This document shows positions 1 to 10,205 of a stretch of DNA of 64,000 nt, piece after piece. Both the position numbers and the translations under genes were made by a program. The notes beneath the pieces are model-generated. The model did no database searches. It was not told the DNA's origin and was given only the letters and a program-made list of their open reading frames with translations. Within the stretch, counting starts at the first letter, position 1. Every line of letters starts with the position of its first letter. Origin of the DNA: an uncultured Verrucomicrobiae bacterium (GTDB lineage Bacteria; Verrucomicrobiota; Verrucomicrobiia; Limisphaerales; Palsa-1400); contig OY969763.1 in NCBI GenBank assembly GCA_963702845.1, positions 1,472,001 through 1,536,000 of the forward strand. The letters run 5' to 3'.

Positions 1-2
1 AG

Positions 3-1565
3 AGCGGCGGGGATCGTAGCGCGGTCACGGGCGGGACCCGGGTGTTGAGCGATCGGATTGTCATTCGCGTGACGACGGAGAAAGGGACGGGATTCCTGGA
101 TCGCATGATTGCCTTGGTAGAAGGCGCGCAACGGCAGAAGACCCCGAATGAAATCGCCCTGACGATTTTGTTGTCCGCATTGACCCTGATTTTCCTGCTG
201 GTCTGCATCACGCTGAAACCGTTCGGGATTTATTCCGGCGTGGCGTTCTCGATTCCTGTGTTGGTTGCGCTACTCGTGTGTCTGATTCCGACAACTATCG
301 GCGGGCTTCTGAGCGCCATCGGCATCGCAGGCATGGATCGTGTGTTGCAACGCAACGTCCTCGCAATGAGCGGGCGTGCCGTTGAAGCCGCTGGTGATGT
401 CGACGTGCTGCTTCTCGACAAAACTGGAACGATCACGCTTGGCAACCGCATGGCGACAGAATTTTTGCCGGCGCCAAACGTAAAACCCGAACGCCTGGCC
501 GATGCTGCGCAGTTGGCATCTTTGGCAGATGAAACACCTGAAGGCCGCAGTATTGTGGTGCTGGCGAAAGAGAAATTTAATTTGCGGGCGCGCGAAGTTG
601 CCGAGCCCCACGCGAACTTTGTGCCTTTCACCGCGCAGACGCGGATGAGTGGAGTGGATTTCCCAGCCCGTGACGGCCAACCGGCGCGTCGGATTCGCAA
701 GGGAGCGGCCGATGCGATTCGCGCGTATGTGGATTTGGAAGGCGGAATTTTTCCAAAAGAAATCGGCCACGGAGTTGACGAAATTGCGCGCAGTGGCGGG
801 ACACCGTTGGTAGTGGTCGAAGGCAACATGGTGCTGGGAGTGGTGCAGTTGAAAGACGTCGTGAAAGGCGGCATCAAGGAGCGCTTTGCGCATTTGCGGA
901 AGATGGGAATTCGAACGGTGATGATTACAGGCGACAATGCGCTGACGGCAGCGGCGATTGCGGCGGAAGCCGGCGTGGATGACTTCATGGCGCAAGCGAC
1001 GCCGGAACAAAAGCTCAAGCGCATTCGCGAGGAGCAGGCCAATGGTCACCTCGTGGCGATGACAGGCGACGGCACCAATGACGCGCCTGCGCTCGCGCAA
1101 GCCGATGTCGGCGTTGCTATGAACACCGGCACGCAAGCAGCGCGCGAAGCGGGCAACATGGTCGACCTCGACAGCAATCCAACCAAGCTTCTCGACATCG
1201 TGGAGATCGGAAAACAGATGCTGATTACACGCGGATCGCTGACCACGTTCAGCATCGCGAACGACGTCGCCAAATACTTCGCAATCATTCCCGCGATGTT
1301 GATGGGGACGTTCCCGGCGATTGCCCCGATGAACATCATGCATCTGCACAGCCCCACCAGCGCGATCCTGAGCGCCATTATTTTTAATGCACTGGTCATC
1401 ATCGCACTCATCCCGCTTGCATTGCGTGGCGTTGCCTACAAACCAATGGGCGCCGTTGCGATTTTGCAGCGCAATTTGCTCATTTACGGACTCGGCGGAG
1501 TGGTCGTGCCGTTCATCGGCATCAAACTGATTGATGTGATTATCACCGCTCTCAACCTGGTTTAA
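3..1565 (+). CDS. kdpB: K+-transporting P-type ATPase subunit B (5'-truncated by window edge)
   Basis: Frame open from position 3 ([17 protein letters not shown]); [11 protein letters not shown] phosphorylation motif, [24 protein letters not shown]; followed by kdpC/D/E. Confidence 0.98.
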   Translation, partial: SGGDRSAVTGGTRVLSDRIVIRVTTEKGTGFLDRMIALVEGAQRQKTPNEIALTILLSALTLIFLLVCITLKPFGIYSGVAFSIPVLVALLVCLIPTTIGGLLSAIGIAGMDRVLQRNVLAMSGRAVEAAGDVDVLLLDKTGTITLGNRMATEFLPAPNVKPERLADAAQLASLADETPEGRSIVVLAKEKFNLRAREVAEPHANFVPFTAQTRMSGVDFPARDGQPARRIRKGAADAIRAYVDLEGGIFPKEIGHGVDEIARSGGTPLVVVEGNMVLGVVQLKDVVKGGIKERFAHLRKMGIRTVMITGDNALTAAAIAAEAGVDDFMAQATPEQKLKRIREEQANGHLVAMTGDGTNDAPALAQADVGVAMNTGTQAAREAGNMVDLDSNPTKLLDIVEIGKQMLITRGSLTTFSIANDVAKYFAIIPAMLMGTFPAIAPMNIMHLHSPTSAILSAIIFNALVIIALIPLALRGVAYKPMGAVAILQRNLLIYGLGGVVVPFIGIKLIDVIITALNLV

Positions 1566-1567
1566 TT

Positions 1568-2170
1568 ATGAAAACATTTTTTTCTGAAATTCGCGGTGCA
1601 GTGATGTCCACTGTGGTTCTGGCGATTGTTTGTTGTGGCATTTATCCGCTGGTTGTGTTTGGTATCTCGCAACTGGCGTTTCGCGACAAAGCCAATGCCA
1701 GTTTGATTGTGGACAAGGATGGAACCGTGCGCGGTTCGCGATTGATTGGGCAGGGGTTCACCGCTGAAAGATATTTTCACCCGCGCCCATCTGCCGCCGG
1801 AAACGGCTACGACGGCTTAAGTTCCAGTGGCAGCAATTTGGGGCCGACGTCGCAAAAATTAAGCGAGGCAATCAAGGATCGAATCAACGCTTATCGAAAA
1901 GAGAATGGTCTCAAGGAGAATGAACTGGTTCCCGCCGATGCAGTCACCGCCTCGGCGAGCGGACTCGATCCTCATATCACCCTGGGTAACGCGCAATTGC
2001 AGGTCGCTCGCGTGGCCAAGGCTCGCGGAGTGAGCCCCGATAAGATTCAGGAATTAATCGTAAAAAATGTCGATGAGCGTGATGTGGGGATATTGGGTGA
2101 GCCCGGAGTGAATGTGCTGATGCTGAACATGGACCTGGACAGGTCGCCCTCGCAACCCATCGCGCCATGA
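1568..2170 (+). CDS. kdpC: K+-transporting ATPase subunit C
   Basis: N-terminal TM helix, GSRLIGQ, YFHPRPSA, SGSNLGP, VTASASGLDPHI, LGEPGVNVL motifs. Confidence 0.97.
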   Translation: MKTFFSEIRGAVMSTVVLAIVCCGIYPLVVFGISQLAFRDKANASLIVDKDGTVRGSRLIGQGFTAERYFHPRPSAAGNGYDGLSSSGSNLGPTSQKLSEAIKDRINAYRKENGLKENELVPADAVTASASGLDPHITLGNAQLQVARVAKARGVSPDKIQELIVKNVDERDVGILGEPGVNVLMLNMDLDRSPSQPIAP

Positions 2171-2206
2171 TTGTATTTCCGGTCAACTGGCGATTAAATT
2201 GACAGC

Positions 2207-4897
2207 GTGGATCAGACCGACCGCCCAAATCCAGATGCGTTGCTGGCGGCAATCCAGTACGATGAGACGCTCGGTAAACGCGGGCGGCTGAAGGTTTTTG
2301 TCGGGATGTCTCCCGGTGTCGGCAAAACCTATGCCATGCTCGAAGCAGCCCAGCGCGAGTCAAAGGCCGGGCGTGACGTCGTCGTTGGATTGATCGAAAC
2401 GCACGCACGCAAAGAAACCGAGGCGCTGACAACCGGACTTTCGGTCATTCCCCGCAAGCACATCGATTATCGCGGCGTAACGCTGACGGAAATGGACATC
2501 GATGCGGTCATCGCGCGTAAGCCGCAGCTCGCCATCGTAGATGAATACGCGCACACGAATGCCCCGGGTTCGCGCCATCCCAAGCGCTATCAGGACGTGA
2601 TGGAACTTCTCGATGCCGGCATCGATGTCTTCACAACATTGAACATCCAGCACGTGGAGAGCCGCGCTGATTCGGTGCGCCAAATCACTGGAATTACAAT
2701 TCACGAAACGATCCCGGACACCGCGTTGGAAAAAGCAGAGTTCGAAGTCGTCGACCTGCCTCCCGATGAATTGCGCGCGCGGCTTGCTGCGGGAAAAGTT
2801 TATTTACCTGACCGGGTCGCGGCGGCTCGCGATAATTTCTTTCGGGCGGGAAATCTTGCGGCGTTGCGTGAATTGGTTTTGCGTTTTGCGGCTGAGCACG
2901 TTGGCCAGGACGTGCTGGCCTATCGCCGAACCCTCGGCGTTGCTGACCCGTGGAAATCCGGCCAGCGCCTGCTCGTTGCGCTCAGTTCGAGCCCGAGCTC
3001 AGCGGCGCTGGTCCGTTGGACAACCCGCCTCGCAGGGGAACTGCATTCACCATGGGTTGCAGTTTATGTTGAGCAACCGCGCCAGCTAAATGATGAAGAC
3101 CAGACGCGCTTAACGAAGCACCTGAACCTCGCTCGCGAACTTGGCGGCCAAATCATCACGACGACGGATGCGGACGTTGTTCGCGGCATCGTTCGTGTCG
3201 CGCAAGAACAGAATGTGACGCAGCTTGTCGTCGGCAAACCCGCTGGTTGGCGTGCGATCGAACTGTTTCGCGGCGGCTCATTTCTGAATCGACTCATTCA
3301 AGAGAGCGGTAACATCGACGTGCATGTTGTGCGAGCCACCGCTGAGGCGCCGCCGATGCGAAGGCCGCAGTTGCCCTCGTTTAGGGGTTCGAATCCTCGC
3401 GCTTATGGTATTGCCGCCGCAGTCGTTGCTGTCGCGACGTTGTTGAATCTGATTTTGAATCGCTGGATTCATTATGAGGCGATTTCCCTGGTGTACTTAT
3501 TTGTGGTTATTGTCCTTGGGCTCTTTGTCGGTGGTGGGCCGACGCTTGCAGCAGCGGGACTTACTGCTGTGCTATGGGACCTGCTTTTCGTGCCGCCCCG
3601 TTACACATTTGCGATTACGTCGGTGGCGGACTCGATGATGTTGCTCACCTACTTCGCGATCGCGCTGGCAATGGGCCAACTCACAAGCCGCTTGCGCGCG
3701 CAACAGGAAGCGGAGCGCCGTCGTGAGCAAAGGGCCACCGCACTTTACCTGCTGACTCGCGAACTTGGAAAGGCCACCGATTTTGCCGACTTGCTCGCAA
3801 TCATCATCCGTGAGGTGGGTAAAAATTTTGATTGCGATGTTGCTTTATCCCTACCGGATGAAAGTGATCCCGCGCCCACGCCATATTTCGCCAGCACGTG
3901 GACGTTCGATGAAAAGGAGCAAAGCGTCGCGACATGGGCGTTGCGCCACCGGCAATCGACGGGGCGCGGCACCGACACGTTGCCCTCGGCCGGAGGCCTG
4001 CACCTGCCGCTCATCAGCGATGAGCGGGGGATCGGCGTTCTCAGTTTGCGCTTTCACCAGAATACGCCTCTCTCGCCGCCGCAACGTGATTTGCTCGATG
4101 CTTACGTCCGGCACATTGCTCTCGTTCTCGACCGCCAAAGGCTTCGTGATGAGGAGCGCGAGGCGAAACTTGCCGAAAGATCCGAGCGCCTGAGCAAAAC
4201 CTTGCTCGATTCGCTATCGCACGAAATGCGCACTCCTGTCGCGGCAATTTCCAGCGCAGTTACTGCTTTGGCCGATGCCAAACAGAATGTCTCGCCCAAT
4301 TTTCAGAAGGAGATGGTGAACGAAATTCGCGAGGGCGCGGCGCGTTTGAATCGCCTGATTGGCAACGTGCTTGATATGACCCGGCTCGAAGCCGGCCATC
4401 TCAAACCGAAGCTGGATTGGTGCGATTTACGCGACCTCGTTCAAGTCGTGGTTCGTGACACCCGCAAAGAACTCGCCAGCCACAAAGTTACCGTCAATAT
4501 CGGCCCGAACATACCCCTGGCGCGAATTGATTTCGTGCTGATGCAGCAGGCGCTCACCAATTTACTATTGAACGCGGCTATACATACGCCAGTGAACAGC
4601 TCGGTGCAAATTATGGCGGCGCGGGAAGACGGTGTTGTCGCCTTGTCGATCATGGATGACGGTCCGGGAATCACTTCGGATGTTTTGCCGCACATTTTCG
4701 AAAAATTCTACCGTGCGCCGTCTGCGCGTACAGGCGGCATTGGGCTCGGGTTGTCTATTGTGAAAGGCCTTGTCGAAGCGCAAGGTGGAACCGTGCAGGC
4801 CGAGAATCGCACAAGTGGTGGCGCAAAATTCACGATCAATCTGCCCGCGGGTGAGCCGCCACCAATGGAACAAAATCATGAGCAGCACGACAAATAA
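2207..4897 (+). CDS. kdpD: K+-sensing histidine kinase KdpD (KdpD N-domain, USP, 4-TM, GAF, HisKA, HATPase)
   Basis: GRLKVFVGMSPGVGKTYAML, VDEYAHTNAPGSRHPKRYQDV, LSHEMRTP H-box, DDGPG and GIGLGLSIV; GTG start. Confidence 0.97.
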   Translation: MDQTDRPNPDALLAAIQYDETLGKRGRLKVFVGMSPGVGKTYAMLEAAQRESKAGRDVVVGLIETHARKETEALTTGLSVIPRKHIDYRGVTLTEMDIDAVIARKPQLAIVDEYAHTNAPGSRHPKRYQDVMELLDAGIDVFTTLNIQHVESRADSVRQITGITIHETIPDTALEKAEFEVVDLPPDELRARLAAGKVYLPDRVAAARDNFFRAGNLAALRELVLRFAAEHVGQDVLAYRRTLGVADPWKSGQRLLVALSSSPSSAALVRWTTRLAGELHSPWVAVYVEQPRQLNDEDQTRLTKHLNLARELGGQIITTTDADVVRGIVRVAQEQNVTQLVVGKPAGWRAIELFRGGSFLNRLIQESGNIDVHVVRATAEAPPMRRPQLPSFRGSNPRAYGIAAAVVAVATLLNLILNRWIHYEAISLVYLFVVIVLGLFVGGGPTLAAAGLTAVLWDLLFVPPRYTFAITSVADSMMLLTYFAIALAMGQLTSRLRAQQEAERRREQRATALYLLTRELGKATDFADLLAIIIREVGKNFDCDVALSLPDESDPAPTPYFASTWTFDEKEQSVATWALRHRQSTGRGTDTLPSAGGLHLPLISDERGIGVLSLRFHQNTPLSPPQRDLLDAYVRHIALVLDRQRLRDEEREAKLAERSERLSKTLLDSLSHEMRTPVAAISSAVTALADAKQNVSPNFQKEMVNEIREGAARLNRLIGNVLDMTRLEAGHLKPKLDWCDLRDLVQVVVRDTRKELASHKVTVNIGPNIPLARIDFVLMQQALTNLLLNAAIHTPVNSSVQIMAAREDGVVALSIMDDGPGITSDVLPHIFEKFYRAPSARTGGIGLGLSIVKGLVEAQGGTVQAENRTSGGAKFTINLPAGEPPPMEQNHEQHDK

Positions 4898-5576
4898 ACA
4901 GATCGTCCTGATCGTTGACGACGAAGTGCAGATTCGCCGTTTGCTGCGCGTCACGCTGGAAGGCCATGATTTCCGCGTGTACGAAGCGGCGACCGGTCGG
5001 GACGGTTTGATCGAAGCGGCGCAATGTCGTCCCGATGTTGTGTTGCTGGATCTCGGTTTGCCAGACATGGACGGTGTAACGGTTATTAAGCGCTTACGCG
5101 AATGGAGCAAAGTGCCTGTGGTTGTTCTTTCAGTGCGCGATCGCGATGAGGATAAAATTACCGCGCTTGATCATGGGGCGGACGATTATGTGACGAAACC
5201 GTTCAGCACTGGCGAATTGCTGGCGCGTGTCCGCGTTGCCTTGCGCCATGCTCAACCGACGGAGAACCTCGCGGTCTTCCACACCGGCGATCTACAAGTT
5301 GATTTGAGTTCGCGCGTCGTGACTCGGAAGGGGAAAGAAGTGAAACTCACGGCGACCGAGTATTCGCTCCTGCGCCTTTTTGTGCAGCATGCCGGCAAGG
5401 TCCTGACCCACCAACAAATCCTCCGCGACGTCTGGGGCCCGAACTACGTCGATCAAACGCATTACCTCCGCGTTTACATGGGACACCTGCGCGAAAAGCT
5501 TGAATCTGATCCTGCGCAGCCCGAAATGTTCATCACTGAACCGGGAGTTGGCTACCGCCTTGTCACGTCGGAATAG
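4878..5576 (+). CDS. kdpE: OmpR-family response regulator KdpE
   Basis: LIVDDE, LLDLGLPDMDG, GADDYVTKPF, winged-helix HYLRVYMGHLREKLE; start moved to the ATG at 4878, overlapping the kdpD end. Confidence 0.95.
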   Translation: MSSTTNKQIVLIVDDEVQIRRLLRVTLEGHDFRVYEAATGRDGLIEAAQCRPDVVLLDLGLPDMDGVTVIKRLREWSKVPVVVLSVRDRDEDKITALDHGADDYVTKPFSTGELLARVRVALRHAQPTENLAVFHTGDLQVDLSSRVVTRKGKEVKLTATEYSLLRLFVQHAGKVLTHQQILRDVWGPNYVDQTHYLRVYMGHLREKLESDPAQPEMFITEPGVGYRLVTSE

Positions 5577-5612
5577 ATTGTCGCCCGTTTCTATTCGCAC
5601 TAATTTGCAAAT

Positions 5613-6167
5613 GTGAAGGTTAGCGACAATTTAAATTTTCGGGCGCTTCTGCAAACCAACGAGCTTCCCTCGCTCGGGCCGCAAAAACGCCTCAGCCGAA
5701 AGTCCATTCTCGACCTCGAAAAAGCCTTCAATGTTTTCTTTCGCTCAACCAAATTGTCGACGGAAAACCAGCAACTCGTTCGCGCTCTCGTTCTATTGTG
5801 GAACGATCATTTTCGCGAGGCGCACGATATCGCGCAGGAAATTGAAACGCCGGATGGCGCGTTTGTTCATGGCATCATGCACCGACGCGAACCCGATTAT
5901 GGAAACGCGAAATATTGGTTCCATCAAGTTGGTGAGCACCCGACATTTCCGACCATTGCCGAACGTGCTGTGGAGCTTCCAACAACCGATGCTGAGAAAA
6001 AGGTGCTGACTAAAATTGTTGGTGACCTCGACAATCCCGAGTGGGACCCGTGCGCTTTCGTTGACGCCTGCGAACGTGTCCGCAGCACGACTCACCTCGA
6101 ACAACCTTTCCTGCAACGGCTCCAGGAAATTGAAGCGCAGGAATTGCTTCTCCACTTCTGCAGCTAA
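5613..6167 (+). CDS. Conserved hypothetical protein (helical; HGIMHRREPDYGNAKYWF motif)
   Basis: 184 aa ORF with a motif I recall from hypothetical proteins of PVC bacteria; 1 nt before the next gene. Confidence 0.8.
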   Translation: MKVSDNLNFRALLQTNELPSLGPQKRLSRKSILDLEKAFNVFFRSTKLSTENQQLVRALVLLWNDHFREAHDIAQEIETPDGAFVHGIMHRREPDYGNAKYWFHQVGEHPTFPTIAERAVELPTTDAEKKVLTKIVGDLDNPEWDPCAFVDACERVRSTTHLEQPFLQRLQEIEAQELLLHFCS

Positions 6168-6168
6168 C

Positions 6169-7116
6169 GTGCACGACCTCGGCCCAGTTTTAAACGCCGT
6201 CATCCCGGTCTTCTGCATTGCCATCGCCGGCATGCTGCTGCGCCAACGAAAATGGCTGACCGAAGACGCTGACCGCAGTCTTTTCAAAGTCACCGTCAAC
6301 GTCCTGATGCCCTCGCTGATTGTCGATTCAGTCTTGCACAACCAGGCGCTCAAACAAGTCGGGACCGTTGTGCTCGCGCCCATAGTCGGTTTCATCAGCA
6401 TCGCCGTCGGCATGTTGATCGCGCTGGTTTTCGCGCGCACCGCCGCACTCAAGGACAGAAAAGCCGTAGCTACGTTCGTCCTGTGTGCGGGCATTTACAA
6501 TTACGGCTACGTCCCCGTGCCACTGGTTAAAGTCCTGTTCCCACCAGACACACTCGGTGTTCTCTTCGCGCACAATCTCGGCGTCGAAATCGCGTTCTGG
6601 ACACTCGGCCTGATGGCGCTTGGTGCAGTCGGTTCCGGCAACGTCTGGCGCAACATGCTCAACGCTCCCGTGCTCGCAATCTTCGTCTCGCTCGCGCTGA
6701 ACTTCCTGGGCGCCGACAAAATCATTCCCGATTTCATTTTGCTCACCGCAAAATTACTTGGCCAATGCGCCGTGCCGATGGGCCTCATTCTCATCGGCGC
6801 CACCATGGCGGATCACCTGCACGAATTCAGGGCAGGGTGGGGATGGCGAGTCATCCTCAGTTCCTGTTTTGTCCGCCTCGGCATTGCACCGATTTTGTTC
6901 TTAGTCGTTGCCCGATACCTGCCGTGTTCCGTCGAATTAAAGCGGGTCATTATCGTGCAAGCGGCCATGCCCGCCGCGACCTTTCCGATACTTTTAGCCC
7001 GTCATTACGGGGGAGAACCCTCCACTGCCTTGCGCGTCGTCATTGGCACATCCGTCGCAAGCCTGGTCACCACACCGCTCTGGATTCGCTTTGGGTTGAA
7101 GTTCGTCGGAGTTTAA
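6169..7116 (+). CDS. AEC (auxin efflux carrier / malate permease) family transporter
   Basis: About 10 TM helices, NYGYVPVP, AAMPAA motifs; GTG at 6169 directly after upstream TAA. Confidence 0.9.
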   Translation: MHDLGPVLNAVIPVFCIAIAGMLLRQRKWLTEDADRSLFKVTVNVLMPSLIVDSVLHNQALKQVGTVVLAPIVGFISIAVGMLIALVFARTAALKDRKAVATFVLCAGIYNYGYVPVPLVKVLFPPDTLGVLFAHNLGVEIAFWTLGLMALGAVGSGNVWRNMLNAPVLAIFVSLALNFLGADKIIPDFILLTAKLLGQCAVPMGLILIGATMADHLHEFRAGWGWRVILSSCFVRLGIAPILFLVVARYLPCSVELKRVIIVQAAMPAATFPILLARHYGGEPSTALRVVIGTSVASLVTTPLWIRFGLKFVGV

Positions 7117-7166
7117 GCCCCTTGCAATTGAGGTGCCGAGGCATAGCGTACTTCAGGGAGGTAATT

Positions 7167-7538
7167 ATGACAGGAGTCATTGAAAAACAGGAAAAGAAGA
7201 GTTTTGCTAAACCAGACGACAAGCGCTCGTTCGATAAAGGACAGGTAGAGGTGGTGACGGTTGGCGAGATGACGATTGGCCGCCAAAAACTTCAACCCGG
7301 TTGGAGTTGGTCATCGTGCGTCAAACCGATCGCGAAAACCGAATTCTGTCAGGCGTCGCATCTCATCTGCCAGGTTTCCGGCCGCATGCATGTGAAGATG
7401 GAAGATGGAAGCGAATTCGAAATAGGACCCGGCGAGGTTGCGACAATTCCGCCCGGACATGATGCGTGGGTTGTCGGGAGCGAACCGGTCGTTGGGTTCG
7501 ACATCACAGGCGCAGATGACTATGCGAAGCCGACCTAA
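7167..7538 (+). CDS. Cupin-domain protein
   Basis: LQPGWSWS...CQASH...SGRMHV...IPPGHDAWVVG; GGAGG SD before ATG 7167. Confidence 0.9.
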   Translation: MTGVIEKQEKKSFAKPDDKRSFDKGQVEVVTVGEMTIGRQKLQPGWSWSSCVKPIAKTEFCQASHLICQVSGRMHVKMEDGSEFEIGPGEVATIPPGHDAWVVGSEPVVGFDITGADDYAKPT

Positions 7539-7548
7539 ACGCGAGTTG

Positions 7549-9075
7549 CTACTTTTTTGATGCGATCTCAATGGCCCTAACCAACCCGCCAATCGTGTGC
7601 TCTTTGGCTTCAACCGTGGGTTTAAGTCCAAGAGCACCGATTGCTTTGCTCGTTTCGGGGCCGATTGACGCAAGTTTCGCGTGCGGATATTTCTTCAACA
7701 ATTCCGGCAAGTTGAAGCGCGCGTGAAAATTCTCGACCGTTGAACCGCTCGTGAACGTGATCCAATCCGCGCCGCTCTCATTCAGTCGCTCGGCGGCGCC
7801 GGTGATGTCTTCCGTTTCCGGCACGGTCTTGTAACACGCGACGTCGTCGACGATCGCGCCCATCTCTTCCAACTGCTTCGGCAACTCGACATTAGCCACT
7901 TCCGCGCGCAGGATCAGAATGCGCAGGTTTTCGATGCTTTCAAATTTCTCGAATGCCTTCGCGATCTCCGACGCCACGTATTCGTCTGGCATCAAATCCA
8001 CTCTCAAATGCAGCTCCTTCAACTTCGCCGCCGTCGCCGGACCAACCGCCGCAATGCGAACGCCGCCGATATCCCGCATGTCATCGAACGCTTTAAAGAA
8101 ATATTCGAAGAACGTTTTCACGCCGTTCGGGCTCGTGAAAATAATCCAGTCGTAAGCGTTCAGTTCCAGCATTGCGTCCGCCAAATCCTGGGCGTCGGTC
8201 GGTGGAACAATCTTGATCGTCGGAATTTCTAAAACCTCTGCGCCACATTCGAGCAATTCATGCGAAAGTTTGCTTGCCTGATCGCGTGTGCGCGTTACGA
8301 CAATGCGTTGACCGAACAGCGGCCGTTTCTCGAACCAGTTCAGTTTGCCGCGAAGTTTCACGACGTCGCCGATCACCGTCAGTGCAGGTGGTTTGAAACC
8401 GGTCTTCTCCACGACCGAGGCAATTGTTTCCAACGTGCCTTCGATCGATTCCTGTCGCCCGGTCGTTCCCCAGCGCACCATTGCGACCGGTGTTTTTGCA
8501 TCCATGCCGTTGGCGATCAACTTGTCGGCGATCTCTTTTGTGCGCGTCACGCCCATCAGCACCACTTTCGTGCCCGGCGCTTTGGCGACTTCTTCCCAAT
8601 CCACCGCCGGTTCATCTTTGTCCGGGTCTTCGTGGCCGGTGATGACAGTGAAACTCGAGCCATGATCGCGATGCGTGATCGGCACACCCGCATAGGTCAA
8701 GGCTGCGATACTCGACGAAATTCCCGGGACAACTTCAAATGGCACTTTAGCCGCAAACAATTGCTCCGCTTCTTCGCCGCCGCGCCCGAACACATAAGGA
8801 TCACCGCCTTTGAGGCGAACGACGAATTTACCTTCCTTGGCTTTGCTGACTAAAAGTTCATTCAACTTGTCCTGTGGAATGACGTGTTCGCTCGAACGTT
8901 TGCCGGCGTAAATTAATTCCGTCCCCGGCTTCGTCAGCCGCAGCAGCTCTTTATTGACGAGGGCGTCGTAAACGACGACGTCAGCGCGCGCGAGCAACTC
9001 AGCTCCGCGCACGGTCAATAGACCAGCGTCACCGGGACCGGCGCCAACGAGATATACGATGCCTTTATGTTTCAC
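7549..9075 (-). CDS. cobA: Fused uroporphyrinogen-III C-methyltransferase / uroporphyrinogen-III synthase (CobA-HemD)
   Basis: VYLVGAGPGD, VRLKGGDPYVFGRGGEE, then HemD part (IVVTR, IIFTSPNGV, AVGPAT, FTSGSTV, SIGPETS). Confidence 0.95.
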   Translation of the reverse strand: MKHKGIVYLVGAGPGDAGLLTVRGAELLARADVVVYDALVNKELLRLTKPGTELIYAGKRSSEHVIPQDKLNELLVSKAKEGKFVVRLKGGDPYVFGRGGEEAEQLFAAKVPFEVVPGISSSIAALTYAGVPITHRDHGSSFTVITGHEDPDKDEPAVDWEEVAKAPGTKVVLMGVTRTKEIADKLIANGMDAKTPVAMVRWGTTGRQESIEGTLETIASVVEKTGFKPPALTVIGDVVKLRGKLNWFEKRPLFGQRIVVTRTRDQASKLSHELLECGAEVLEIPTIKIVPPTDAQDLADAMLELNAYDWIIFTSPNGVKTFFEYFFKAFDDMRDIGGVRIAAVGPATAAKLKELHLRVDLMPDEYVASEIAKAFEKFESIENLRILILRAEVANVELPKQLEEMGAIVDDVACYKTVPETEDITGAAERLNESGADWITFTSGSTVENFHARFNLPELLKKYPHAKLASIGPETSKAIGALGLKPTVEAKEHTIGGLVRAIEIASKK

Positions 9076-9085
9076 GTTCTTTAAA

Positions 9086-9190
9086 TGTAGGAGACGAGGT
9101 GACGAGTCTCAAATTTTTCCTCGCCCCTTAGCCGCTGGCGTAGGGAGGTGGGCGTCGTGCCAAATCCGCCTCCTCACGTCGGCGGCTACA
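9086..9190. repeat. GTAG-type REP doublet (REPIN-like inverted pair)
   Basis: Left arm TGTAGGAGACGAGGTGACGAGTCT; right arm CGCCTCCTCACGTCGGCGGCTACA (reverse complement TGTAGCCGCCGACGTGAGGAGGCG); 17/24 identical; each arm has its own internal palindrome. Confidence 0.75.
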
Positions 9191-9194
9191 GTTG

Positions 9195-10085
9195 TCAAAG
9201 TGGCTTTGGACGGCGCTTCACGTTTTTGGCTTCCACTTTTTGATTCGCCAGCGGCTGTCCCTTAACTCCGACCTTCGCCCGCGTCACATGCCAGCGCGCC
9301 AGATTCGCGACATAAAGTTCGTCCATATTCTCACCGCCAAACGCCATGTTCGTCGGACTCCCCAGATGAATCGCCCAAGGGTCCCACGCGAACAAAGTTT
9401 TTTCGCCGTTCGGCGCAATGCGCCAAATTTCATCCGACGCGTAGCAACTGGCGTAAAGATTCCCATCGGCATCAAGTGTTAGCCCGTCTGGAAAGCGCCC
9501 AACATTTTCCGCGTAAACTTTGCCTTCAGACAATTTGCCATCGCCACCGATCTCGTAGCGGAACACGCGATTCGTGTTGCTCTCGATCATGAACAACGTC
9601 TTTTCATCCGCGCTGAGCGCGAGTCCGTTCGTGTAACCCATCGGCCCCGCGAGAATTTCGCCTTTACCATCCGGGGTGAAACGCAACAAATAACCAGTGT
9701 TCTTCTTCCAAAGCCCGGAATCCGTGACGTAATAATTCCCCTTCGAATCGAACAACCCGTAATTCGCACAAACAATTTTCTGCTCGCCGACGTGCGAAGC
9801 GAACACCGATGTTTCTCCATTCGCATCCACCCGCACGATGCCCGTCGCCGGATGACAAACATGCAACACATCACTCGGCGAAAACGCGACTCCTGCGCAG
9901 TAACTCCCCAGATTCGCTACCGCATGCGGTTTGCGATCCGAACCAATGCGCCAAATGATTCCGGCTTCGCTCCCCGTCCAAAGATCGCCCTGTTGATCAA
10001 AGGCGAGGCATTCGGGATGATCGAGCCCGGTGGCATAAACTTCAAAAGATTCGATCGGAATTTCAGTCTTCACATTCGCGGACAT
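9195..10085 (-). CDS. SMP-30/gluconolactonase/LRE family protein
   Basis: LDHPECLAFD, YYVTDSG, NGLALSADEK, PDGLTLDADGNLY, PTNMAFGG; ATG at 10085 preferred. Confidence 0.92.
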   Translation of the reverse strand: MSANVKTEIPIESFEVYATGLDHPECLAFDQQGDLWTGSEAGIIWRIGSDRKPHAVANLGSYCAGVAFSPSDVLHVCHPATGIVRVDANGETSVFASHVGEQKIVCANYGLFDSKGNYYVTDSGLWKKNTGYLLRFTPDGKGEILAGPMGYTNGLALSADEKTLFMIESNTNRVFRYEIGGDGKLSEGKVYAENVGRFPDGLTLDADGNLYASCYASDEIWRIAPNGEKTLFAWDPWAIHLGSPTNMAFGGENMDELYVANLARWHVTRAKVGVKGQPLANQKVEAKNVKRRPKPL

Positions 10086-10205
10086 TGCCGCAGTAGAACA
10101 CACCGCAGCCAACCAATTCAAGACCGGTTGCAATAACCCTTCACCCCCGCAACATTCTGCGCGCTTGTCTCGCTGTCGGAAACGTTGCTATAAACAACGA
10201 TTCAA

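Noticed and set aside
4770..4877. Extended N-termini given by the ORF track (also at 6016, 6765, 32076, 48319, 48357)
   Set aside because: They overlap neighbouring genes or repeats; downstream starts fit signal peptides and family N-termini better.
1..5576. kdp locus as a novelty
   Set aside because: Canonical kdpBCDE order and domain content.
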